This document shows, piece by piece, positions 37,845 to 45,837 of a DNA stretch of 64,000 nucleotides; position 1 is the stretch's first letter, and every line of letters starts with the position of its first letter. Below the pieces are notes generated by a model that was given only the letters and a program-made list of their open reading frames with translations, ran no database searches and had not been told where the DNA came from. Both the position numbers and the translations under genes were made by a program. The DNA is taken from the NCBI RefSeq assembly GCF_004296935.1, contig NZ_SCVH01000097.1, forward strand, positions 6,093 through 70,092, in the 5' to 3' direction. The stretch is from Reyranella sp. Its GTDB lineage: Bacteria; Pseudomonadota; Alphaproteobacteria; Reyranellales; Reyranellaceae.

Positions 37845-38630
37845 TCACACCACCACTGAATTCAGGGCGTGGGCCATCGCCGTTTTCAGCATCTCGGGAT
37901 TGAACGGCTTGGTGATGATGAAGGCGGGTTCGAGGCCGTGTCCGGTCAGGAGCCGCTCGGGGAATCCGGTCACGAAGATGACCGGCGCCGACACCGCCTT
38001 CAGGATCTCGTGAACGGCGGCGATGCCGCTGTCGCCATCCCGAAGCTGGATGTCGGCGAGCACCAGATGGGGAAGATGCTTCTTGGCGAGGTCGATGGCG
38101 GCCCGCTCGGTGGGAGCGATGCCCACAACCTGATGGCCGGCATTGCGCACGATCTTGGCGACGTCGAGCGCGATCACCGCCTCGTCCTCGATGACCAGCA
38201 CGCGCACGGAGGCAATCCGTTCCAGTTCGCCGCGCGCCTGCTTGAGGTCGGCCTCTGCGTCATCGACGCGGATTCCCAGAATGCCTGCGACCTCGTCGAT
38301 CGAAAAACCTTCGAGGACGGTGAGCAGGAGTACCTGGCGTTGCCGTTGCGGGATGTCCGTCAGGTGCATCTTGAGCCGCGCCGGCGCGTCGGTCGCTTCG
38401 GCCGGCTTCTTCGGGTCGAGAAGGCTGAACGGCAGCTGAAGTCTGTGGAAGACGGTGAAGATGTCGGCTGCCGTCGTGGCCTTGGAGCCCAGGAGTTCAG
38501 GCTGCTGCAGCAGGACCTCGACGCACATCCGGACCCATTGGTCGCCCTGCTGCTGGCTGCCCGTCAGCGCACGCGCGTAGCGGCGCAGGTACGGCAGGAC
38601 GGCGGCCGCTTGTTTCTTCAATCCGTTCAT
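37845..38630 (-). CDS. phyR: PhyR anti-anti-sigma response regulator (sigma-factor-like domain + receiver domain)
   Basis: N-terminal LPYLRRYARALTGSQQQGD signature of PhyR, a sigma2/sigma4-like region (RQVLLLTVLEGFSIDEVAGIL), and a C-terminal receiver (VLVIEDEAVIALD ... LADIQL). Confidence 0.92.
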   Translation of the reverse strand: MNGLKKQAAAVLPYLRRYARALTGSQQQGDQWVRMCVEVLLQQPELLGSKATTAADIFTVFHRLQLPFSLLDPKKPAEATDAPARLKMHLTDIPQRQRQVLLLTVLEGFSIDEVAGILGIRVDDAEADLKQARGELERIASVRVLVIEDEAVIALDVAKIVRNAGHQVVGIAPTERAAIDLAKKHLPHLVLADIQLRDGDSGIAAVHEILKAVSAPVIFVTGFPERLLTGHGLEPAFIITKPFNPEMLKTAMAHALNSVVV

Positions 38631-38679
38631 TTTTGCGCTTTCGTCGACGCCCGGCCATCAACCATGGACGACCATGCTT

Positions 38680-38844
38680 CTATCGGCGCCGTAGGATGTG
38701 GGCGAGGGTGCTGACGATGAACAGCACGAGAAACACGAAAAAGCAGATTTGGGCGAAGCCTGCGGCCGTCGAGGCGATGCCGCCGAATCCGAACAGAGCG
38801 GCGAGCAGAGCAATGACAAGAAAAGCAAGCGCCCAATTCAACAA
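38680..38844 (-). CDS. DUF1328 (YtjA/UPF0391) small membrane protein
   Basis: [23 protein letters not shown]...FFVFLVLF is the DUF1328 signature. Probable TTG start at 38844 preceded by GGGGAGA. The listed ORF extends to 38871. Confidence 0.75.
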   Translation of the reverse strand: MLNWALAFLVIALLAALFGFGGIASTAAGFAQICFFVFLVLFIVSTLAHILRRR

Positions 38845-38875
38845 GTGGTTCTCCCCTGAAGAGTACGGCAATCGA

Positions 38876-38900
38876 AACGCTCCCGGAGACGAAAGGTTCC
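38876..38900 (-). promoter_or_regulatory. consensus EcfG-type GSR promoter GGAAC-N16-CGTT
   Basis: Minus strand reads GGAACctttcgtctccgggagCGTT, about 30 nt upstream of the DUF1328 start. No terminator lies between the DUF1328 gene and phyR. Confidence 0.7.
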
Positions 38901-38915
38901 CTTGACCGGACGCAG

Positions 38916-38942
38916 AAAGGGCCCGCGCAGGCGGGCCCTTTT
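38916..38942 (-). terminator. GC-rich hairpin terminator after the lipoprotein gene
   Basis: GGGCCCGC-gcag-GCGGGCCC stem flanked by an A-run and a T-run. Downstream of the stop at 38965 on the minus strand. Confidence 0.55.
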
Positions 38943-38964
38943 CGAGATCAGGCGGTTTGCGGCG

Positions 38965-39594
38965 TTACGGCGTTCTGGTCTGTGGGCTGATGATGTTGCC
39001 CCGGGCATCGATGCGATTGCCCTGGGTGTCGTAGCGGAAGCCGAATTCGTCGCGGAAGGCCACCTCGCCGGTGGTTGTCGGACGGGGCTCGACGTACGCC
39101 GGAGCATAGGCGACCGGATAGCTCGCCGCCGCGTAAACCGGCGGGGGCGAAATGCGATAGCCGCTGGCATCGACGCGATAGCCTTGGGCGTCGACCCGGT
39201 AGCCGTATTGATCGGTGCGATAGGGCGGGTAGGTCTGCACGCTCGCTTCCGAGCGATAGCGACGGGCATCGATCTCGCGGCCGACGCAACGGTCGAAGCG
39301 GTCGGTCCGTGGCTGCAGACCGTAGGAGTAGCAGGCATCCTGGGCGTCCCGGGTCAGGTTGACCTCGGCATAGTCGGCGCTCACCCGGCCGCTCGTGCGG
39401 GCGGCGCGTTCACGCGACACGCAGCTGTTGTAGCCGGCGGTCCCGGGGCTGAAGCCGTAATCGACGCAGGCTTGCTCGGAAGTCGCGTAGGTCGCGGGAT
39501 AGCCGGCCGGTGTGGCATAGCGGGCCTGCTGCGGGCTCTGGCAGGCGGTTGCGAGCAGCCCGACCGAGACTGCCGTGGAAATTCGAAGGATCAT
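38965..39594 (-). CDS. repeat-containing lipoprotein (hypothetical, GSR-locus associated)
   Basis: ATG at 39594 gives MILRISTAVSVGLLATAC (signal peptide plus Cys). Two C-x2-YG-x-x-P-x-T-x6-C-V-x-RE units and GYRVDAQG/GNRIDARG-type short repeats. Confidence 0.65.
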   Translation of the reverse strand: MILRISTAVSVGLLATACQSPQQARYATPAGYPATYATSEQACVDYGFSPGTAGYNSCVSRERAARTSGRVSADYAEVNLTRDAQDACYSYGLQPRTDRFDRCVGREIDARRYRSEASVQTYPPYRTDQYGYRVDAQGYRVDASGYRISPPPVYAAASYPVAYAPAYVEPRPTTTGEVAFRDEFGFRYDTQGNRIDARGNIISPQTRTP

Positions 39595-39622
39595 GTGGGT
39601 CTCCCTGTCGTCGGTTACTGAA

Positions 39623-39649
39623 GGAACGCGGGCGGTCCCGGGAGGTTGC
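39623..39649. promoter_or_regulatory. overlapping face-to-face EcfG-like promoter pair (GGAAC-N16-GGTT on plus, GCAAC-N16-CGTT on minus)
   Basis: The 27-bp string GGAACGcgggcggtcccgggaGGTTGC reads as a near-consensus EcfG promoter on both strands. It lies between the divergent lipoprotein and ecfG-like genes. Confidence 0.4.
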
Positions 39650-39738
39650 GCACCCGCGCGGGAACTCGCTGTCTTGCGTCGATTGGCTATGGAACCTGGC
39701 CGAATGATCGCCATGTCTAGGATCAGGAGTAACCTCGA

Positions 39739-40293
39739 ATGGCAGCGCCTTCGCTTGCTGTAGCGCGCCCGCCGTTCAAGGATGGTCTGGTGGCCCTGCT
39801 ACCCGACCTGCGTGCGTTCAGCCGTTTCCTTTGCCGTGAGCGCGCGGCGGCCGACGACTTGGTGCAGAACACCGCCGTCATAGCGCTTTCCAAGCAGGTC
39901 CAGTTCGAGCCCGGCACCAACCTCAAGGCTTGGCTGTTCACGATCGCCCGCTCGCAATTCTATTCGAGCCTGCGTTCGGCACGGCGGCGCACCGCCACGG
40001 TCGGATGGGGCGACTCAGAGAATGTCGCCGGGGTCGACCGCGCCGATCGCTCGTCCGACCTGATCGATCTGTCCAGGGCGCTGTGGTGCCTCAATCCGGA
40101 GTATCGCGAGGCGCTGATGCTGGTCGGGGCCTGCGGATTCTCCTACGAGGAGGCGGCGGCGGTGTGTACCTGTGGTCTCGGGACCATGAAGGCGCGGGTG
40201 TCGCGGGCCCGTCGACGGCTTGCCGAGGTCCTGGCCGATACCGGGCCATCCACCCTCCCGGCCAGGAAACATGTAGCGATTTCAGCGGGATAG
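39739..40293 (+). CDS. ECF sigma factor, EcfG-like paralogue 1
   Basis: LRAFSRFLCRERAAADDLVQNT ... GTNLKAWLFTIARSQF (region 2) and EALMLVGACGFSYEEAAAVCTCGLGTMKARVSRAR (region 4) match the EcfG (ECF15-type) pattern. Confidence 0.8.
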   Translation: MAAPSLAVARPPFKDGLVALLPDLRAFSRFLCRERAAADDLVQNTAVIALSKQVQFEPGTNLKAWLFTIARSQFYSSLRSARRRTATVGWGDSENVAGVDRADRSSDLIDLSRALWCLNPEYREALMLVGACGFSYEEAAAVCTCGLGTMKARVSRARRRLAEVLADTGPSTLPARKHVAISAG

Positions 40294-40390
40294 GCAGTTT
40301 CTGCGGTTTGTTTGCCTCGACCGGCAACCAATGCAGCTCGGGCGGTGTTCCTCCAGTACAGACACCGATCAAGGCAACCCGGAGAGATGC

Positions 40391-40960
40391 ATGGCCGCAG
40401 CCCAGACGATGACCGGCGACTTCCACACCGATCTGAAAGCCCTTCTGCCTCGCCTGCGAATCTATGCCCTGTCGTTGGCGCGCGATCGCGACCGTGCCGA
40501 TGATCTGGTCCAGGAAACGATCGTGAAGGCGCTGGCCGGGCGAAATTCGTTCCGTACCGGCACCAATTTCGGAGCCTGGCTCTTTCGCATTCAGCGCAAC
40601 GAGTTCATCTCGGGCTTGCGCCGCAGTCGGCCGACTGTCTGCCTGGACGATGTCGTCTCGAACACGCTATCGCATCCGCCGCGCCAGGAAAGCGGCCTGA
40701 TCATGCGCGAGTTTCTCGGAGCCTTCCGCCAGCTCGCCCACGGGCAGCGCGAGGCGCTTCTGCTGGCGGTGCTCGAGGGCTACCCGTATGCCCGGATCGC
40801 CGAGCATTGCGGCGTCTCGATCGGCACGATCAAGAGCCGGATTTCGCGCGCCCGTTCGTTGCTCGAGACATTCCTTACCGGCGAGGAAGGCGTTGTCGGC
40901 GAGCCGATTGCCGCCCCCACCCGCCCGGCGTTGTCGACATCAATGACACTCGCGTCGTGA
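40391..40960 (+). CDS. ecfG: ECF sigma factor, EcfG-like paralogue 2
   Basis: LRIYALSLARDRDRADDLVQETIVKAL ... GTNFGAWLFRIQRNEF and EALLLAVLEGYPYARIAEHCGVSIGTIKSRISRAR. ATG 40391 is preceded by GGAGAG. Its stop overlaps the nepR start (TGATG). Confidence 0.8.
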   Translation: MAAAQTMTGDFHTDLKALLPRLRIYALSLARDRDRADDLVQETIVKALAGRNSFRTGTNFGAWLFRIQRNEFISGLRRSRPTVCLDDVVSNTLSHPPRQESGLIMREFLGAFRQLAHGQREALLLAVLEGYPYARIAEHCGVSIGTIKSRISRARSLLETFLTGEEGVVGEPIAAPTRPALSTSMTLAS

Positions 40961-41220
40961 TGGCCGAGAGCGGGATTCAGAGCGGCCCTGTCATGCAATC
41001 GGATCCCTGTACCTCTGTCGCGGCCATGGCACCCCGGCGAGCCGGGCAGCCATTCGACAACTGGCTGCACAAGCAGCTTCACGAAATGTACGACTCCATC
41101 ACCAAGGAGCCGCTGCCCGACGATCTCTTGAGCTTGATCGACAAAGGCACCGTCCCTGACGTGAAATCGGACCAAATAGATCCCGGCTGCCGGGGAACCC
41201 GTCGAACTCCGCAGCGTTGA
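40960..41220 (+). CDS. nepR: NepR family anti-sigma factor
   Basis: Central segment LHKQLHEMYDSITKEPLPDDLLSLIDK matches the NepR signature (L..Y....EP.P..L..L). It is a small protein, and the exact start (40960 or a later ATG) is uncertain. Confidence 0.75.
   Translation: MAESGIQSGPVMQSDPCTSVAAMAPRRAGQPFDNWLHKQLHEMYDSITKEPLPDDLLSLIDKGTVPDVKSDQIDPGCRGTRRTPQR
41194..41218 (+). promoter_or_regulatory. consensus EcfG-type GSR promoter GGAAC-N16-CGTT
   Basis: GGAACccgtcgaactccgcagCGTT lies in the last codons of nepR, about 30 nt upstream of the glycine-zipper lipoprotein ATG (41249). Confidence 0.65.
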
Positions 41221-41248
41221 TCCCACACGGTTCATTCGGGAGATTCTC

Positions 41249-41464
41249 ATGTCGGCAATCAAGTTCATGGCACTAGCGGCCATTCTGTTCAGCGCAACGG
41301 CCTGCGGCGATACCTGGGGCCAGCGCGCGGTCACCGGCGGCGCGATCGGTGCCGGCGGCGGTGCGGTGGTTGGTGCGACAACGGGCTTGGGCGTTCTGCC
41401 CGGCGCGTTGATCGGCGGCGCGGTCGGTGCGGGTGTTGGCGCGGCGACCACGCCGGAACGCTAA
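41249..41464 (+). CDS. glycine-zipper (OsmB/YMGG-like) small lipoprotein
   Basis: 71 aa. Signal peptide ending SATAC, followed by GxxxG-rich GGAIGAGGGAVVGATTGLG...GGAVGAGVGA. Confidence 0.75.
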   Translation: MSAIKFMALAAILFSATACGDTWGQRAVTGGAIGAGGGAVVGATTGLGVLPGALIGGAVGAGVGAATTPER

Positions 41465-41603
41465 CGCGACTCGTTCGCTCCGACCGGAGTTCGAGAAGGC
41501 GCTGTCCGGCGGAAAAGTGGGCGGCGCCTTTTCCTTGTCCAATTACATGCTTCTGCCACGACCGATATCGTTGGACTTTGCTTGAGGCAGGGCGCACCAG
41601 AAG

Positions 41604-42692
41604 ATGTGGTCCGACACTCCCTCCGGAAGGGCGGTGACTGCAATTCCAAGTACCAATCCCTTTGCGGGCATCCAGGACGGACACACGCTGGCCGAGGCCA
41701 TCGTGGACACCATCCGTGAGCCCTTGCTGGTGCTCGACAAAAGCCTCCGCGTCGTCGCGGCGAGCCGCTCGTTCTATCGGACCTTCGGACTCGAGCCGCA
41801 TGAGGTCGAGCATCGCCCGGTCTACGACCTGGGCGGCGGCCAGTGGAACATTCCGGAGCTGCGCGTGCTGCTGGAGACGATCCTGCCGCAGCAGACCGTG
41901 ATGGAGGCCTATGAGGTCGAACGGGAATTTTCCGGCATCGGGCGCCGCTCGATGCTCCTGAATGGCCGCACGGTGTTCGACGCCGGTGGCGCCAGGCCCC
42001 TCATTTTGTTGGCGATCGAGGATGTCACCGAGCGGCGCGCGGTCGAGCGGAAGCTGGCCGAACTGGCGGAGGAGAAGGAAACGCTTCTGATGGAAGTGCC
42101 GCACCGCGTTTCGAACAGTCTTCAGATCATCGCCAGCATCCTTTCCCTCAAGGCGCAGACAGTGCAGTCGGAAGAGATTCGACAGCACCTTCAGGACGCC
42201 CATCGGCGCGTGCTGTCCGTTGCGACGGTGCAGCGGCAACTTCAGATTTCGAAGAATCTCGAACGGATCGAGATGGGTCCCTATCTGTCCCGTCTGTGCG
42301 AGGCCCTTGCGGCATCGATGATTGCCGAAGGTCGGCCGGTGACGCTCGAGGTCAAGGCCCAGGACGGCACTGTCTCGTCCAACGAAGCGGTCAGCATCGG
42401 TCTCATCGTCACCGAACTCGCGATCAACGCGCTCAAGCATGCCTTCGTCGATGGCCGCGCGGGCGGCATGATCGCGGTTGGCTACGAAGCGTCGCCGTCG
42501 GGCTGGCGGCTCGCGGTTTCCGACGACGGGGTCGGCTTGCCCGACAAGGTCAGCCCGGGCCTGGGCACGAGCATCGTCGAAGCTCTCGCGCGGCAGCTCG
42601 AAGCCCGCGTGGAGATCTCCGGGACATCGCACGGCACGACCGTATCGATCACCCACGGAACGATCGCGGCGGGGCTGCCCGCTGCTGCCTGA
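41604..42692 (+). CDS. cytoplasmic PAS-domain HWE/HisKA2-family histidine kinase (candidate PhyR kinase)
   Basis: PAS region (EAIVDTIREPLLVLDKSLRVVAASRSFY), HisKA2 H-box (HRVSNSLQIIASILSL), and a C-terminal HATPase (ELAINALKHAF ... GLGTSIVEALA). Confidence 0.8.
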   Translation: MWSDTPSGRAVTAIPSTNPFAGIQDGHTLAEAIVDTIREPLLVLDKSLRVVAASRSFYRTFGLEPHEVEHRPVYDLGGGQWNIPELRVLLETILPQQTVMEAYEVEREFSGIGRRSMLLNGRTVFDAGGARPLILLAIEDVTERRAVERKLAELAEEKETLLMEVPHRVSNSLQIIASILSLKAQTVQSEEIRQHLQDAHRRVLSVATVQRQLQISKNLERIEMGPYLSRLCEALAASMIAEGRPVTLEVKAQDGTVSSNEAVSIGLIVTELAINALKHAFVDGRAGGMIAVGYEASPSGWRLAVSDDGVGLPDKVSPGLGTSIVEALARQLEARVEISGTSHGTTVSITHGTIAAGLPAAA

Positions 42693-42706
42693 GGCACGGT
42701 GCATCC

Positions 42707-42922
42707 ATGACAATCCAGTTTCCCAACGAAAGCCGTTATTATGACGCGGCCTTGCACGCCGTGCGCTTCCCGGGCCACGACGGCGCCATGGACGCGCCGT
42801 TCTTCGTCGATGAAGATGCGCTGAAGCAGATCCAGCCCGGAACAGGTAGCGATGAAGCGGGCCTGCTCGATGCCTTCGATCTCAGCCGCGAGAAGATTCA
42901 CACGGCTGCCGCCAGGGTCTAA
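42707..42922 (+). CDS. DUF1488 family protein
   Basis: 71 aa. The pattern MTIQFPNESRYYD...V.F is typical of DUF1488. ATG 42707 lies in frame within listed ORF 42296..42922. Confidence 0.6.
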   Translation: MTIQFPNESRYYDAALHAVRFPGHDGAMDAPFFVDEDALKQIQPGTGSDEAGLLDAFDLSREKIHTAAARV

Positions 42923-42983
42923 GACCGCGGTCGCCAGGGCTCGTACGACCTGCGGCCGGCCGACCTCCGAAAAGAGACCCTGC

Positions 42984-44075
42984 TCAAGCCAGGAACCAGT
43001 CGAGGATCGCCCCATTCTCGTCGCGCGGATAGGTATGCGAGAGATCGGCGATCTCGCGATAGACCGCAGCGGCACCAGCCTGCGCCAGGACACGTTCGGC
43101 GTTCCGTGCCATCTCGGGCGGGAACATCCAGTCCTGGGCGCCATGCACGATATGGATCGGCAATCCGCGCACGCGATCCGGGCTGGCGAAGGTCATCATC
43201 ATCGGATGGAAGGCGGCGGCCAGCGGCGCCAGATGCGTGAAGCGACAGTCGTCGCGCAGGCCCAGAACATAGGTGAAGGTGCCGCCATCGCTCATCCCGG
43301 TGAGAAGCCGCCGGGTGGCATCGACACTCCACTGGCCCGCGACCTCCTCGACCATGCGATCGATGTTGGGCCCGTCGACTTCGGGTTCCATCAGCGACCA
43401 GGTCGAGCCGATCGCCGTCGGCGCGATCACGATCAGGCCTCTGGTGCGGGCCTCCCGCACCCAGCTCCACAGAAAGCCGCCGCCGTTGCCGCTGCCGCCG
43501 TGCATCGCGACGACGAGGGGCAGGGGGCGTCCGTGATCGTAGGTTTCCGGCACGTAGAGCGAGAAGGCGCCGCGCGTTCCCGATGGACCGCCGACATGCA
43601 TCACCCCGACCCCGTCGCGCGTCGTGTCGGCGGTGGCCAGCCGCCGCAGCAGGGCCGCGTCGTCGCGCATGGCGGGTTCGAGGAAGAACTGGCTGACCGA
43701 CTTCAGGTGCGCCGCCATCGGGTAGAGCGCCTCGGTGCCGCGGGCATAGCCGCGCAGCGCCCGGTAGGCCGCGACGATCGGCTGCGGCGCCTCTCCGGCG
43801 GCAAGGAGCCCGCCGATCCCTTCGCCCGCCGCCCCGGCCGCGCGCTCCAGGCAATCGCGCACCGGCTGAAAGCGCTCCGGCCACTCGGTCGCGCGCGAGG
43901 CCGCCAGTGCGGCATCGAGGTCGTCGTTGCGGCTGGCAACGGCCTCGATCAGCCGAGGCAGGGTGGCGGGCGAGAGATGGCGGCCGGCGAATTCCAGCGC
44001 GTAGAGCGCCCGCAAGGTCGCTGGCACCAGGCTGGCGATGGCGTCGATGGCCGGTTCGTTCGCAGCGTCCGCCAT
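42984..44075 (-). CDS. alpha/beta hydrolase (phospholipase/carboxylesterase or PHB-depolymerase-type esterase) with N-terminal extension
   Basis: HGGSGNGGGF oxyanion region and GMSDGG nucleophile elbow. Start taken at MADAANE (44075), which avoids overlap with the GMC gene. Confidence 0.6.
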   Translation of the reverse strand: MADAANEPAIDAIASLVPATLRALYALEFAGRHLSPATLPRLIEAVASRNDDLDAALAASRATEWPERFQPVRDCLERAAGAAGEGIGGLLAAGEAPQPIVAAYRALRGYARGTEALYPMAAHLKSVSQFFLEPAMRDDAALLRRLATADTTRDGVGVMHVGGPSGTRGAFSLYVPETYDHGRPLPLVVAMHGGSGNGGGFLWSWVREARTRGLIVIAPTAIGSTWSLMEPEVDGPNIDRMVEEVAGQWSVDATRRLLTGMSDGGTFTYVLGLRDDCRFTHLAPLAAAFHPMMMTFASPDRVRGLPIHIVHGAQDWMFPPEMARNAERVLAQAGAAAVYREIADLSHTYPRDENGAILDWFLA

Positions 44076-44088
44076 CGGCCTGTCTCCC

Positions 44089-45738
44089 TCAGTCCTTGAG
44101 CGCAACCGCTTCCAGCGCCGGCCGGCCGCGGATCATGTCGGCGGCTTTCTCGGCGATCATCAGCACCGAGGCGTTGAGGTTGGCCGACGGCATGGTCGGC
44201 ATGATCGAGGCATCGACCACGCGCAGGCCTTTTAGGCCACGCACTCGAAGTTCATCGTCGACCACCGCCGTCGGATCCGTATCGGGCGCCATGCGGCAGG
44301 AGCCCATGAGATGGAAAGTCGTGGTGCCACGCTGCTTGGCGGCCGTCAGCAGATCGTCGTCGGACTGCTTCTCGACGCCGGGGAACTCCTCGCGGTCGTA
44401 GTATTTGCTGAGCGGTTGCGAGCCCAGCAGGCGGCGGGCGAGCTTCATGCCCGCCAGCAGCACGCGCCGGTCGCTTTCGGCAGCGAGGTAATTCGGCTGG
44501 ATGATCGGCGCCTCGAAAGGATCGGCCGAGCGGGCGCGGACATAGCCGGTGCTGTCGGGCCGCTGCTGCCAGGAGGCGATCGTCATGCCGGGAAAGTCGT
44601 CGAGCGTCGATTGCACGCCTTCCTTGTAGCTGGCCGGGGTGAAGGTGAGCTGCAGGTCGTAATTGTCGACGCGCTCGTCGGACTTCCAGAAGACGTAGAT
44701 CAGGGTCGGGTTGAGAGCCAGGATGCCTTTGCGCGACACGGCATATTTCAGCACCTCGCCCACCAGCCTGAGCCCGTGCGAGCGCTCGTTGATGCTCATG
44801 GCGTTTTTTACACGGGCGACGAAGCGTGGTGCGTAGTGGTCGCGCAGGTTCTCGCCGACGCCCGGCAGAGCATGCTTTATCGCAATGCCCAGCGATTGAA
44901 GCAGCGGTGCCGGCCCGATGCCCGACACTTGCAGCAGTTGCGGCGAGTTCACCGTGCCGCCGCACAGGATCACTTCCTTGTTGGCACGCACTTCCAGGGG
45001 CGTGCCGTTGCGGCCGCCCTTGCGGTAGCGCACGCCCGTCGCGCGCTTGCCCTCGAGCACGATCTCCGTTGCCTGGGCATGAGTCCGCACCGTGAGGTTC
45101 GGCCGCTTCATCGCCGGATGCAGGAAGGCGCGCGCCGCACTCACGCGGCGGCCGTTGCGGATCACGCGCTGCACGTAGCTCACTCCGGCCTGCATGGTGC
45201 CGTTGTAGTCGCGGTTGCGCGGAATCCCCATCTGCACCGCGCCCTCGATGAAGGCCTCGCACAGGGGATCGCGCCAATCGAGGTCGGTGATGGGCAGCTT
45301 GCCCTCATGGCCGCGAAAAGTCTCGTCGACCGCATCGGGCACATCGGCGATGCGCTGCTCGGTGCGGCGAAAGTAGGGGAGCACGTCGGCATAGCCCCAG
45401 CCGCGGTTGCCGCGCTGTGCCCAGCCGTCGAAGTCGAGGCGCTGGCCGCGGTTATAGATGTGGCCGTTGATCGAGCTCGAGCCGCCCAGCGTCTTGCCGC
45501 GTGGCGCTGCGATCCGCCGGCCACCGGTCCATTCGCTGGGTTCAGACGTGTAGAGCCAGTTCACCCTGGGATTGACCAGCGTGTACATGAAGCCGGCGGG
45601 GATATGGATGAAGGGATGCCAGTCCGATGGCCCGGCTTCTAGAACACAGACCGTGACGTTCGGGTCCTCGCTCAGCCGGTTGGCGAGCACGCTGCCGGCC
45701 GAGCCGGCACCCACGATCACATAGTCGAAACTATCCAT
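44089..45738 (-). CDS. GMC family FAD-dependent oxidoreductase (choline dehydrogenase-like)
   Basis: FDYVIVGAGSAGSVLANRLSED N-terminal FAD motif, GGSSSINGH segment, and C-terminal active-site region HLMGSCRMA. Confidence 0.9.
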   Translation of the reverse strand: MDSFDYVIVGAGSAGSVLANRLSEDPNVTVCVLEAGPSDWHPFIHIPAGFMYTLVNPRVNWLYTSEPSEWTGGRRIAAPRGKTLGGSSSINGHIYNRGQRLDFDGWAQRGNRGWGYADVLPYFRRTEQRIADVPDAVDETFRGHEGKLPITDLDWRDPLCEAFIEGAVQMGIPRNRDYNGTMQAGVSYVQRVIRNGRRVSAARAFLHPAMKRPNLTVRTHAQATEIVLEGKRATGVRYRKGGRNGTPLEVRANKEVILCGGTVNSPQLLQVSGIGPAPLLQSLGIAIKHALPGVGENLRDHYAPRFVARVKNAMSINERSHGLRLVGEVLKYAVSRKGILALNPTLIYVFWKSDERVDNYDLQLTFTPASYKEGVQSTLDDFPGMTIASWQQRPDSTGYVRARSADPFEAPIIQPNYLAAESDRRVLLAGMKLARRLLGSQPLSKYYDREEFPGVEKQSDDDLLTAAKQRGTTTFHLMGSCRMAPDTDPTAVVDDELRVRGLKGLRVVDASIMPTMPSANLNASVLMIAEKAADMIRGRPALEAVALKD

Positions 45739-45837
45739 TGCCGATCTTCTCCCAAATATGGCTTAGCCCGGGCTGTGGTGGCTCGGCAATTGCCTGATAT
45801 GGACGGTTACGCTGCAACGCTGCATCGTCAGGCGACC

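Noticed and set aside
40330-40360. GCAAC-N16-GTGTT upstream of ecfG-like 2 as an independent EcfG promoter.
   Set aside because: Both the -35 and -10 elements deviate from consensus. The 97-bp gap has no terminator, so co-transcription with ecfG-like 1 is the simpler reading.
41495-41531. Intrinsic terminator after the glycine-zipper lipoprotein gene (GGCGC...GCGCC followed by TTTT).
   Set aside because: The stem is only 5-7 bp with a loop of about 21 nt. It is plausible but too weak to list as a feature without an energy calculation.
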